From positions 1 through 60,004 of the forward strand of contig CAUJIB010000090.1 in NCBI GenBank assembly GCA_963205245.1: a DNA stretch of 60,004 bases, read 5' to 3'. A program made the position numbers and the translations under genes. Positions within the stretch are counted from its first letter, which is position 1; each line of letters opens with the position of its first letter. The DNA is from Pseudomonadota bacterium (GTDB lineage: Bacteria > Pseudomonadota > Alphaproteobacteria > Rickettsiales > SXRF01). The notes under the pieces are model-generated. The model had not been told where the DNA came from. It saw nothing but the letters and a program-made list of their open reading frames with translations, and did not search any database. Of the stretch, positions 44,639 to 55,345 are shown one piece after another.

Positions 44639-45106
44639 ATGAAAAAAATTATTGTTCTTATATTATTATTTTTTCCTGTGCTGGCTGTAGCAGAAGAGAA
44701 ATCTATCAATCCAGCCAAGGAGCTTACTGGAAATCAGCGTGAATATTATGTAAAGATCTTTAATTATGTTATGGAGCATGTAAAACCTCCTGAAGCATTT
44801 AACTGGAATTCTAGCGTAGCAAAAGGCAATATTAAGGCTGGAGAAGAATATCTCAGTAAATCAAAAGCACAGTGTAGAGATTTTACAGAAACATTTGAAA
44901 TAAGTGGACAGCTTGGTAGAAGTGAAGGGACAGCTTGCAAGCGTGATGGTAATAATGGTTGGTGTCGGATAAGTGGTGAAAATCCACGCACTTGTGCTTT
45001 AGAAAATCCTGAAGGGATCACTGATAAAATTATGAATGATGTTGATTCTGTCTTGGGGAAAAGTTCGGAAATGATGCGTAATGCCAAGGATTGGTGGGGT
45101 AGGTAA
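44639..45106 (+). CDS. secreted protein with a 17-kDa-surface-antigen-like C-terminal domain
   Basis: 155 aa with a signal peptide. QCRDFTETFEISGQLGRSEGTACKRDGNNGWC resembles the C-terminal Cys-containing domain of rickettsial 17-kDa antigens (from memory). Confidence 0.5.
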   Translation: MKKIIVLILLFFPVLAVAEEKSINPAKELTGNQREYYVKIFNYVMEHVKPPEAFNWNSSVAKGNIKAGEEYLSKSKAQCRDFTETFEISGQLGRSEGTACKRDGNNGWCRISGENPRTCALENPEGITDKIMNDVDSVLGKSSEMMRNAKDWWGR

Positions 45107-45115
45107 GAATGCTTG

Positions 45116-46174
45116 TTATGCGGTAGTCAGCAAAAACTCTTCTGAATTTGCCAAAGAATGAAAAAAAGTTAAGGCTACTTGTTTATAATCAAGATGCAGG
45201 CGTTTAGCGATAGTAAATTGTTCTGCCGTTTCCTGCCATTTTCTTGCCCATATTTCCGTACCATGTAATTTTGAAAGTGTATTCAGTGCAGTCTCCTCTT
45301 CTGCGCTAATTGGCACTATATCTAAGCCAGAAGAGTGTTTAGCAATACGTTCTAAGATGCATAGTGTGGTATGCGTAAAGAGTTGCCAGCTGCCATGCGC
45401 TTTTTTCCCGCTGCCAATCTGTTCACAAAATCGTAAAACACCGTGATTATCAAGATTTGCTGCAGATGCCATCAGTGATATTATCTCATTATACAATGTC
45501 ACAGCACCTTGCGCTCGCAGTTCAAGTGCAATACCTACGCTATTGCTTGATATAATGGCAAGTGCCGCAAGTTCATCGCCGTATATTTCCGGTGCGACAT
45601 GGCGCATTGCCTTTGAAAAACTTTCTTTGTTTAGGGGTTTGAGCGCAACCATACGGCAGCGTGAACGGATAGTAGGGAGAAGTTGTCCGGCATTATGGGC
45701 TATTAACATTAACACCGTTTGTGGTGGCGGTTCTTCCAGAATTTTTAGGATTGAATTAGCGGATTTTGTATTCAAATTATCGGCACTATCAATGATGACG
45801 ACCCGCCACTCTCCTTCCGCCGGAGTAAGTGATAAATTCTGTGATATGGTGCGTGACTGTTCTATACTGATCTCGGAGGCATATTCATCTTTTTTAGGGT
45901 CATACAATGGCTCAATAACTAGTAAATCAGAATGTGAACCTGCTGTAATACGGCGGAATACAGAATGGCCATCGCTCATTTCCATATCATCATTACCAGC
46001 AAGCAAGGCGCGGGCAAAGCGGTAAGCAAGGGTTGCTTTGCCGATTCCGCGGCCACCGGAAAATATTAGGCCATGTGCCAGTTTACCTGCGGTAAGATCG
46101 CGAAGGAGCATCGCCTCAATTTCTTCATGCCCAAAAAGCTTGGTATTAATTCGTGGAGTTATTTGTTCGCTCAC
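45116..46174 (-). CDS. holB: DNA polymerase III subunit delta'
   Basis: 352 aa. HGLIFSGGRGIGKATLAYRFARALL, VVIIDSADNL and SRC motif TIRSRC. Confidence 0.85.
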   Translation of the reverse strand: MSEQITPRINTKLFGHEEIEAMLLRDLTAGKLAHGLIFSGGRGIGKATLAYRFARALLAGNDDMEMSDGHSVFRRITAGSHSDLLVIEPLYDPKKDEYASEISIEQSRTISQNLSLTPAEGEWRVVIIDSADNLNTKSANSILKILEEPPPQTVLMLIAHNAGQLLPTIRSRCRMVALKPLNKESFSKAMRHVAPEIYGDELAALAIISSNSVGIALELRAQGAVTLYNEIISLMASAANLDNHGVLRFCEQIGSGKKAHGSWQLFTHTTLCILERIAKHSSGLDIVPISAEEETALNTLSKLHGTEIWARKWQETAEQFTIAKRLHLDYKQVALTFFHSLANSEEFLLTTA

Positions 46175-46803
46175 AATTTAATTCCGCAACGGATAGCAAT
46201 AGTTTCAATTATCTGTTTATGTAAAATATCAAGATTTTGTGTTGCGTCCAATACTACACAACGTTCACTTTCACGTTTGGCAATATTCAAAAAACCATCT
46301 CGGATTTTTCTATGGAATTCAATATCCAGTTTTTCAAAACGATTCTCATTGTCACCCCGTCCGCCTGCACGCATTAGCCCTTTTTCTGGTGATATATCCA
46401 GAATAATGGTTAGGTCAGGCATAAAATTGCCAAAAATTATATGGTGTAGGCTCTTAATATAAGCCTCGTTTAAGCCCTTCCCTATTCCCTGATAAACAAT
46501 GGTTGAGTCCAGAAATCGGTCGCAAATTACAGTTTTATTCTCTTTCAGTGCGGGCAGAACTAGTTTGTTTAGATGGTCAGCTCGTGCTGCATTAAAAAGT
46601 AATGTTTCGGTAAGGCTGTCCCAAGAGTCGGTATCACCGGAAACCAGCAATGATCTGATTTTTTCTGCTCCTTTAGAGCCCCCCGGTTCACGGGTAGAAA
46701 TAAAAGGTAAAGCTGATTTTTCAAAAGCAGAGGCCAGTAATTTTAGTTGGGTGGATTTACCGCTTCCTTCCCCGCCTTCGAAACTGATGAATTTTCCATC
46801 CAT
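46171..46803 (-). CDS. tmk: dTMP kinase
   Basis: 210 aa. FISFEGGEGSGKSTQ and DRFLDSTIVYQG. Confidence 0.93.
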   Translation of the reverse strand: MDGKFISFEGGEGSGKSTQLKLLASAFEKSALPFISTREPGGSKGAEKIRSLLVSGDTDSWDSLTETLLFNAARADHLNKLVLPALKENKTVICDRFLDSTIVYQGIGKGLNEAYIKSLHHIIFGNFMPDLTIILDISPEKGLMRAGGRGDNENRFEKLDIEFHRKIRDGFLNIAKRESERCVVLDATQNLDILHKQIIETIAIRCGIKL

Positions 46804-46807
46804 AAAT

Positions 46808-47950
46808 TTATTTTGATTTTAGAATAGCGTCTTTTACACCAGCATTTTGTACAATATCTAGAATTTTTTCTGCTTTTGCTTTATCTGCGAACGTGCCGAT
46901 ATGCACACGCCACCAATCTTTGCCGCCGCTATTTACTTTATCTACAGAAATAAGTTTTTTGTGATCAGGAATAGAGCTAAGTGATTTGACTAGTTTATCA
47001 GCATTTTCTTTTGCCGCAAAAGAACCCGCCAGTATAATATATTTGCCTTTAGATTTATTATCTTTAGGTAAAGTTTTTTCTGCTGTGGTTTTTGCATTTG
47101 TCGCTTCTGTTTTAACTTGTTTTAATGGAGCTGCTTTGCTGTTATTAGCAGTAACTTTTTGTTCTGATATCTCTACTGTTTCCGGCGAATCATCGCTTGT
47201 AAGATGTACTTCTTCCCCTATACGAGCTTGTCTGATTATAGCATTTTTTGACGATGAAATGATCTTTTCCGGTTTTGTAGGTTGTTCCAAGTCATTAATG
47301 GCTACGGATTGCAATGGAGCTGAATCTTCTATTTCTTCGCTTCTTGCGCTGGTTGTATTGTAATTAGTTGCAGACATCGTATAACCGCCGGCAATCTGTT
47401 CGGCAACAGCATCATTTTTTTCCTTAATTTTTTTATTATATTCTTCATTATAAGCCACCATATCTATTTTAGGAGATTTGCCCATAACCGAATTAATATA
47501 TTCGTCTGTTTCTTCTTTTAGAAATTGTACCCTAACTGGCTTGGTGCTTTTCATATCTATTGCCTGCGCACTTCCTTTTGACAAATCAATGATACGGTTT
47601 TTATGGAATGGACCTCTGTCATTTACACGCACTACAACACTTTTATTGTTACTTAAATTAGTCACACGTACTAAAGAAGGTAATGGTAATGTAGGATGTG
47701 CAGCGGTCAGGTCATCTTCATTAAAAATTTCTCCGCTGGCAGTTTTTCTTCCATGAAAGCCGGGACCATACCATGATCCGTCACCTATTTTATCATATGA
47801 AGATTCAGGGGTAGGAACATAAGTCTTACCGTTTATTTCATAAGGTTTGCCGATTTTTACGCCGGTAAAAGGTTTTTCAGATGGAGCACAAGCCGCAACA
47901 ACAAATAATAAAATATACGCAGCGAGCTTCTTGAAATTTGATGTTTGCAT
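46808..47950 (-). CDS. rlpA: septal ring lytic transglycosylase RlpA-family protein with C-terminal SPOR domain
   Basis: 380 aa. DPBB core [19 protein letters not shown]...[26 protein letters not shown]-like end ..[17 protein letters not shown]...WWRVHIGTF. Confidence 0.88.
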   Translation of the reverse strand: MQTSNFKKLAAYILLFVVAACAPSEKPFTGVKIGKPYEINGKTYVPTPESSYDKIGDGSWYGPGFHGRKTASGEIFNEDDLTAAHPTLPLPSLVRVTNLSNNKSVVVRVNDRGPFHKNRIIDLSKGSAQAIDMKSTKPVRVQFLKEETDEYINSVMGKSPKIDMVAYNEEYNKKIKEKNDAVAEQIAGGYTMSATNYNTTSARSEEIEDSAPLQSVAINDLEQPTKPEKIISSSKNAIIRQARIGEEVHLTSDDSPETVEISEQKVTANNSKAAPLKQVKTEATNAKTTAEKTLPKDNKSKGKYIILAGSFAAKENADKLVKSLSSIPDHKKLISVDKVNSGGKDWWRVHIGTFADKAKAEKILDIVQNAGVKDAILKSK

Positions 47951-47951
47951 A

Positions 47952-48767
47952 TTATTTCCCTATTGCATTTGCTAATTTACCAACGGCTGTGGCAAAGTAA
48001 CGTGAACGATTCCATTTTAGCAAGACATTAAAATTATTATTACCTTCGCTAATTCCTTCGTCATTGTTCCAGCCTTCAGAATGTAAATAATTAGCTATAG
48101 AAGCGAATATATCGCCCTGCGTGTACCATATGTCGCGCTTACCATCCCCATCAAAATCTATGGCATATTTAAGGTAGCTGCTGGGCATGAATTGGCATTG
48201 ACCGAATGCGCCTGCCCATGAGCCGTCAAAATTATCATTTGATAATTTTTCTACTTCCATAATTTTTAGAGCGTTAATAAGTTCTTTGCGGAAGAATTCA
48301 CTTCTGCGGCCGTCATAAGCAAGGGTGGCAAGAGATTCTATGATACCAAAATAACCGGTATTCTCGCCATAGCTGGTTTCCATACCCCACAGGGCAACTA
48401 TAACATTCTCAGGTACAGAATATCTCTCTGATACTTTTGACAGTAAATCTTTATTGGTTTCTAATTCATTCCTACCATTTTGGATTCTGCTTTGAGTGAT
48501 AGTTTTTGCCAGATATTCTTCTAAGGTTATAGTTCCTTCCGGTTGCTTCCTATCTAATTCAATAATATCTTCACGGGGATAAATCCCTTCAAAAGCGTTA
48601 TCTATTACCTTCACAGAAATTCCCTGCGCCATAGCTTCACTGCGGAATTTTTTCAGCCATTGTTCAAAACTTTGTGGGTTATGTTGTTGTGATTTAACAG
48701 GAAACGGCATTATAACAGCCGTAATAATGAAAAAAACAAAGATTGCTTTGATAATATAAAATTTCAT
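47952..48767 (-). CDS. lytic murein transglycosylase (MltB/SLT_2 type)
   Basis: 271 aa. [10 protein letters not shown] and [13 protein letters not shown]. Confidence 0.85.
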   Translation of the reverse strand: MKFYIIKAIFVFFIITAVIMPFPVKSQQHNPQSFEQWLKKFRSEAMAQGISVKVIDNAFEGIYPREDIIELDRKQPEGTITLEEYLAKTITQSRIQNGRNELETNKDLLSKVSERYSVPENVIVALWGMETSYGENTGYFGIIESLATLAYDGRRSEFFRKELINALKIMEVEKLSNDNFDGSWAGAFGQCQFMPSSYLKYAIDFDGDGKRDIWYTQGDIFASIANYLHSEGWNNDEGISEGNNNFNVLLKWNRSRYFATAVGKLANAIGK

Positions 48768-48979
48768 GCCATCATGCCTATCTCAAGAAATAAAAAAAAT
48801 AAAGCGGCAACTGTAAAATTATTTGTATTTTTATAAAAATTAAATAAAAACAGCATATTAAGATGGGTGTCATATTACTTTGAAATTGCAAATTTATTGT
48901 AATAAAAACTTAATGTTAATAAATGAGGTTATATGTTATATTTCATAGCTATATAGCAGAAAATATAGCAGGAATAAAA

Positions 48980-49606
48980 ATGTCTTCTCTAAATGAAATG
49001 GAAAAAAGGGAATACCAGCAGTTAATTGCTGCAGCAAAGAATCGTTCTTCTGAAGATCGCGAGTTAGCTTATAAAGTTGCAGGTTCTATAGGTTCTGTTG
49101 GTTTTATTGCTGGTCTTGAAGGTGTGGTTACAACAGGTGCAGCCTTAGCTGCTGCTGGCGATTTTATGGATAATGATTATGCTCCTTCTAAAATTCATGA
49201 AAGAGGAAAATTATCGGAAAGAGAACATTATAATATTCTAAAAAAATCAAAAGATAATAGAGAAAATGAAGATATAGAGTTGGGTGGCAGGGTTGGTGAA
49301 AAACTTGGAAGCGTTGTTGGTCAGGATAAGGATGTGTCAACACAGGTCGCCAAATCTGCTGGTAGTATGGCTGGAAAGAAGGTGGTTTCTCTTATGTATA
49401 AACATGAAGAAACACCAGTAAGAGCTTTGATTCAGGCTGAATCATTTTCTGATAGGGTTAAAAAGATGTTTGAAGAATTTATAGAGGAGCAAGGTAGAAA
49501 AGCTTGCGCAACAGGACGTCTTTCCGCGGATTATTGTGCTATAAATTTTCCTGCTTCTGCACATACTCCCCCTGTTCTACGTGATGAAAAATATAGAGAT
49601 CGTTAA
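48980..49606 (+). CDS. orphan protein with Gly/Ala-rich hydrophobic segment
   Basis: The start is trimmed to the ATG at 48980, preceded by AGGA. Contains GSIGSVGFIAGLEGVVTTGAALAAAG. No family recognised. Confidence 0.5.
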   Translation: MSSLNEMEKREYQQLIAAAKNRSSEDRELAYKVAGSIGSVGFIAGLEGVVTTGAALAAAGDFMDNDYAPSKIHERGKLSEREHYNILKKSKDNRENEDIELGGRVGEKLGSVVGQDKDVSTQVAKSAGSMAGKKVVSLMYKHEETPVRALIQAESFSDRVKKMFEEFIEEQGRKACATGRLSADYCAINFPASAHTPPVLRDEKYRDR

Positions 49607-49630
49607 AAATTAGGAACTCTAATAAAGATT

Positions 49631-49717
49631 ATCATTGCGAGTGCAACGAAGCGATCCAGTATTTTGGTATACTTTATGTGTTGCTGGGTTTCCATTTCGC
49701 TGTTCCCATTATTAATG
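49631..49717. repeat. second, more degenerate REP/RPE-like element between convergent genes
   Basis: tcattgcgagtgcaacgaagcgatccag shares the tcat-YSCGA...GA(R)GSGATC pattern with the arm at 42313-42338. The partner arm ctgggtttccatttcgct...aatga is weak. Confidence 0.35.
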
Positions 49718-49724
49718 ATAGGAA

Positions 49725-50654
49725 TTATCTTTGAATGTTATTAGCTCTGTTACCTGATCCGTTACCAACAGGATTGCCATCTGGCATGTCTTTCCCGCCG
49801 GTTATTCCTTGTTCTGTAGCTAGTTGGCGTATCCTATCTAGGATATTTTTCTCGTTATGGGCATCAGAATGGCTGCCTATTCCTATTTTTTCTATTAAGC
49901 TCGGATCAATTGTTACTTTTCCATTTTCGTTAATTATAATTTGTCTGTTAACGCTATATCGGTGCGGCGGTGGCGTAACGAAAGATAAATCATTTTTATT
50001 GGTTATCTCTACACATTCTATTTGATGTTTTTCACACATTTCCTTGTATTTTTTCCTGAATTCATCATTACCTGGCGGTAATGATGCAAATGTAAGAATG
50101 GTTTTTATATTTTTAGAAAATGGATATTCATCTGGGCGAGCTTTTATCTCTGCCAGCATCACAGATGAAATTGCGCCTCCCATAGAATGCGATGCAAAGT
50201 TTATATTGGCCTTTCCTTCATATTGATTATCAAGTTCCTGAATAGCAGATGAAATTTTTGCCAGAAGTTGCTTGTTGTTTTTATTTAAGGCATCTAAGTA
50301 ACCAAATCCTACCCTTCCGCCAATAGCAGAGTCAGTTTTTGTATCTACAATATATCCCCGTATACCTACAGTATAATCATCTTTTTGGCTATCTTTGCCG
50401 CGTACTGATACTACAATATCTTTTCCGTTTCCGGCTACAATTACAACAGAATCAGTTTCAGCATCAGTGATATATTTAATATCCTTATAGCCTTTATTTT
50501 TTAGAAATTCTATTGCTTCCGGTTCTGTTCTTTGCACGGCATGCAGAGCCACGTTTCCAAATTCTTCTACACGGAGAAAATTTATATTGTCTGTTTTGTT
50601 TGGATCAGTAGATTTTATAATTATATGGTTATTTTCCATTATATTTTTTACCAA
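49725..50654 (-). CDS. class 3 lipase-like alpha/beta hydrolase
   Basis: 309 aa. DIVVSVRGKDS, GFGYLDA and nucleophile elbow FASHSMGGAIS, in Lipase_3 order. Confidence 0.7.
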   Translation of the reverse strand: MVKNIMENNHIIIKSTDPNKTDNINFLRVEEFGNVALHAVQRTEPEAIEFLKNKGYKDIKYITDAETDSVVIVAGNGKDIVVSVRGKDSQKDDYTVGIRGYIVDTKTDSAIGGRVGFGYLDALNKNNKQLLAKISSAIQELDNQYEGKANINFASHSMGGAISSVMLAEIKARPDEYPFSKNIKTILTFASLPPGNDEFRKKYKEMCEKHQIECVEITNKNDLSFVTPPPHRYSVNRQIIINENGKVTIDPSLIEKIGIGSHSDAHNEKNILDRIRQLATEQGITGGKDMPDGNPVGNGSGNRANNIQR

Positions 50655-50731
50655 TAAATTTATATAAATTTTTATCTGTAAATCCTAATTAATTATATAA
50701 AATAATAACATAAAAAGATATTTGGAGCTAT

Positions 50732-50756
50732 AAAAAAAGGGCAGCCGAAGCCACCC
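50732..50756 (-). terminator. rho-independent terminator of groESL
   Basis: The minus-strand RNA GGGUGGC-UUCG-GCUGCCC (7-bp stem, UUCG tetraloop) is followed by U7. Confidence 0.85.
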
Positions 50757-50780
50757 TTTTCTTTGAAATAAGTAGAAAAA

Positions 50781-52457
<1,677 letters not shown>

Positions 52458-52535
52458 TTAAGTTTAATAAATCGTAGTTTGTAGTTTGTAAATTATAGCG
52501 TAATTTCTTACGAGGTACTATTTACTAAGTACGAA

Positions 52536-52850
52536 TTACGCAGCTTTCTTACCAGCTTTTTCATCTTCTATGATGCCGATAACATCAGATTCTTTAAGAA
52601 CCAGATATTCTTTGCCATCTAATTTGATTTCACTGCCTGCCCATTGTGTGAACAGAACAATATCATTCACAGCAACATCTATAGGAATGCGCTTGCCGCT
52701 TTCATCTTTAGCGCCTGCGCCAACGGCAAGGACTTTACCTTGCTTTGGTTTTTCCTTAGCGTTATCAGGGATAATAATTCCGCCAGCAGTTTTTGATTCC
52801 TGCTCAATACGCTCAACAACTAGACGGTCGCCTAATGGTTTAATCTTCAT
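52536..52850 (-). CDS. groES: co-chaperonin GroES
   Basis: The start is trimmed to the ATG at 52850 ([12 protein letters not shown]..), preceded by GAGGAG 7 nt upstream. 104 aa. Confidence 0.95.
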   Translation of the reverse strand: MKIKPLGDRLVVERIEQESKTAGGIIIPDNAKEKPKQGKVLAVGAGAKDESGKRIPIDVAVNDIVLFTQWAGSEIKLDGKEYLVLKESDVIGIIEDEKAGKKAA

Positions 52851-52931
52851 GAGATTACTCCTCAAATTGGTTAAAAGTTAAATGTAATGTGAACATTAAG
52901 CAGTAAATACACTGCCAATTGTTGTGACTGT

Positions 52932-52960
52932 GATATAGGTTTTAGCTATAGTCTTTCAAG
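52932..52960 (-). promoter_or_regulatory. RpoH (sigma32)-type heat-shock promoter of groESL
   Basis: The minus strand reads cCCTCTTGAAA-N14-CCTATATC, which matches the CTTGAAA / CCCCATNT consensus and spacing. Confidence 0.6.
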
Positions 52961-53037
52961 AGGGAAAATCAGTTTTTTTATGCTTATTTTATTTGTTATT
53001 ATTTTATAAGTATAATCAACAAGTTAATGATTTACTG

Positions 53038-53808
53038 CTAAACATTAACAGATGTGACCCTAGTATTCCTGTCAGATTTTATGCGTTCTGACCAGTCAAC
53101 ATTATTTTTGTTAAGATAATAATCTTTATCATCATGTTTGATTTTAAGTACATCCTGAATTGTATCTTCTATAGGAAGTATGATATTTTTACTTGTCCAT
53201 TTGTCAAATCTTTCTGCCTTGCGGGGAAACATTGACCGCCCGCCTAATGTAAGGATTGCCGATAATACAGAGCCGCCTATTTTTCCGGCGGCGATATGAT
53301 GAATAGGGGCTTTGTTGCCCATACCCCTTTGGGCGGCAACATTTAATCCGACTGCTGATACAGTCCAGACAAAAGCCTGCGGCAAATGGCTCATCTCATA
53401 TTCATAAATTCTATGGACTTTTTGTTTATATTCTTCTGAGTCAGCCTTATATCCGTGTTCTTTAGCCCAACCCTGAGCGTTGCGCTCAGCACTGCTTAAA
53501 AACACCCCTTTTAGCATTGGTTCCGCCGCTTTTCTTATAAACGTCATCGCTGTTGGGAAAAAACGCTGAGCGGCGATTGTAACAGGTATTGAGCCAAAAT
53601 CACCAATAAATTCAGCAGCATAAGCATTGGGTAGTTGGCTTTTGTTGCCCAGTTTTTTTTGTATAAAATTGCCAAGGTAAGGATCAATCCAGTCAGTCGC
53701 TGTGCAAATTAATGTATGGTTTAACGTATAGGCAACATCCTCTGCCTTTTGTTTGGGTGTTTTATTCCTTTCAATTTCTGCCGGATTAATGTGGTTTATA
53801 TCGTTCAT
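53038..53808 (-). CDS. hypothetical membrane-associated protein
   Basis: 256 aa with several hydrophobic segments. No motif recognised. Confidence 0.5.
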   Translation of the reverse strand: MNDINHINPAEIERNKTPKQKAEDVAYTLNHTLICTATDWIDPYLGNFIQKKLGNKSQLPNAYAAEFIGDFGSIPVTIAAQRFFPTAMTFIRKAAEPMLKGVFLSSAERNAQGWAKEHGYKADSEEYKQKVHRIYEYEMSHLPQAFVWTVSAVGLNVAAQRGMGNKAPIHHIAAGKIGGSVLSAILTLGGRSMFPRKAERFDKWTSKNIILPIEDTIQDVLKIKHDDKDYYLNKNNVDWSERIKSDRNTRVTSVNV

Positions 53809-53864
53809 GATTTACTAAAAATAATTAATATAGAATAATTTACTTGACTTTTTTAACAAAATAT

Positions 53865-53889
53865 GCAATTGAGAATCATTATCAATGAT
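53865..53889. promoter_or_regulatory. Fur-box-like AT palindrome in a divergent promoter region
   Basis: gcaattgagaatcattatc matches the 19-bp E. coli Fur consensus at 15/19 positions. It overlaps the palindrome atcatt-atc-aatgat. A TTGTTT-N17-TATAAT promoter for the + gene follows. Confidence 0.25.
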
Positions 53890-53978
53890 ATATTGTTTGT
53901 AGTTGTTAATCAAGCTATAATAGAGTAAAAATACAGCAAAATATACAAAAATGCAAACTGGATTGGCTTAGATAATTT

Positions 53979-54443
53979 ATGAATCAAGACCGTATAGAAG
54001 AAAATAACGCTGCAGCTGCCCTTATATCCCATCTTTCTGGTAAGCCTATTATAACTACCAGCGGTGATGAAAATCACGTAATCAAGCCGGTTTCCGTGGA
54101 TTTTAAGGTTGGAATTACCAAGCAAGGCGAAGAGCTAGCTGTTTCAATAACTCAGTCTGACAGGCATCACCCTCATTTGGTTTATGATACTATTAAAAAT
54201 GGTTTAAACGAACTGGAAGAGTTTCGTCCACACAAAATTAAAGAACTTAAACCGGATTGTGATTATAACCAGCAAACTGGGACAATGACCTTCCGTTATG
54301 AAATACCAAGTGGTGCGGCTGATTCCATCATCCATTCGCTTTCAGAAAAAGGTCAGCAAATAAAATCCTCCCAGCAAAGTGATAGCATAGGAAAAGTTAT
54401 AGAGTATTTTTCCGCCGGAAGGAATGTCGGGGTTCAATTCTAA
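53979..54443 (+). CDS. hypothetical protein
   Basis: 154 aa. No motif recognised. Confidence 0.5.
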   Translation: MNQDRIEENNAAAALISHLSGKPIITTSGDENHVIKPVSVDFKVGITKQGEELAVSITQSDRHHPHLVYDTIKNGLNELEEFRPHKIKELKPDCDYNQQTGTMTFRYEIPSGAADSIIHSLSEKGQQIKSSQQSDSIGKVIEYFSAGRNVGVQF

Positions 54444-54512
54444 AACTTATTGCTTCTTCTTTATCTCATAGTACAAATATCACTTAGATCGCTATGAAAT
54501 TAAAGGAGAAAT

Positions 54513-55337
54513 ATGCCGGAATTACCAGAGGTGGAAACCGTAAAACGCGGGCTGGAAAGTGCTATTGTTGGGGCGGTAATTTCTAAAGTTACTTTGCGCC
54601 GGAGAAATTTACGTGCGCCATTTCCTGAAAACTTTGAAAAATTACTGGCTGGGCAAAAAATTACTAAAATTGCCCGCCGCGCTAAATATCTGCTGTTTCA
54701 TTTTGATAGTGATGTGGTGTTAATTGCTCATCTGGGGATGACTGGGCGGTTTTCGGTAGTTGTCAAAGGCAAAAAGGAAGAATTGGAAACGCACGACCAT
54801 GTGGTTTTTGATTTTAGTGATGGTCGTAAGCTTGTTTATAACGACACGCGACGTTTCGGGGTTATGGATATATGTGATAAGTCGGAAGTCGCAACTCATA
54901 AACTGCTGGAAAATCTTGCGCCAGAGCCGTTGGGAGAAGAATTTACCGTAAACTATCTGGAGAAAGCTTTAAGTAAGCGGGAAACACCAATTAAGCCAAC
55001 CATTATGGAGCAAAAAATTGTGGTTGGTGTGGGTAATATCTATGCAAGTGAAGCTTTGTTTATGGCAGGAATATCGCCACTAAAACCGGCAAATACAATT
55101 GGCAAAAAAATCCCCCTGCTTATTTCCTGCATCCATGATGTGCTGAATGCTGCTATAAAAGCAGGTGGCTCAACTATCAGCGATTTTGCCGATGTTTCCG
55201 GCGATTCTGGCTATTTCCAGCATAGTTTCCATGTGTATGGGCGGGCGGGAAAGTTGTGCAGTAAATGCGGCAACCCAATAATTTCTATCCGCCAAGCTGG
55301 ACGCGCCACTTTTTATTGTGAAAAATGCCAAAAATAA
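54513..55337 (+). CDS. mutM: formamidopyrimidine-DNA glycosylase
   Basis: 274 aa. MPELPEVETVKRGL and a C-terminal zinc finger CSKCGNPI...YCEKCQ. Confidence 0.95.
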   Translation: MPELPEVETVKRGLESAIVGAVISKVTLRRRNLRAPFPENFEKLLAGQKITKIARRAKYLLFHFDSDVVLIAHLGMTGRFSVVVKGKKEELETHDHVVFDFSDGRKLVYNDTRRFGVMDICDKSEVATHKLLENLAPEPLGEEFTVNYLEKALSKRETPIKPTIMEQKIVVGVGNIYASEALFMAGISPLKPANTIGKKIPLLISCIHDVLNAAIKAGGSTISDFADVSGDSGYFQHSFHVYGRAGKLCSKCGNPIISIRQAGRATFYCEKCQK

Positions 55338-55345
55338 TCGTCTAA

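Noticed and set aside
45543-46025. 160-aa ORF antisense to holB. Similar shadow ORFs occur at 51877-52314 and 50791-51138 in groEL, 38679-39041 in fliP, 36070-36516 in the repeat protein, 12421-12849 in argS and 46073-46462 in tmk.
   Set aside because: All are nested antisense in genes with strong family signatures. None has an independent signal.
52851-52865. Five extra codons (MRSNL) at the groES start
   Set aside because: The GAGGAG RBS lies inside them, and canonical GroES begins MK(I/F)(K/R)PL at the ATG at 52850.
52889-52900. The 12-mer gtgaacattaag in the groES leader is identical to part of iteron cluster A (27705-27716)
   Set aside because: It is a single copy with no neighbouring repeats. 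Isolated 12- to 13-mer recurrences are expected by chance at this window size, and it was noticed post hoc.
52900-52915. Calling the groES leader inverted repeat a CIRCE element
   Set aside because: It has a 5-6 bp stem with a 4-6 nt spacer and the wrong core sequence, compared with the 9-N9-9 CIRCE consensus.
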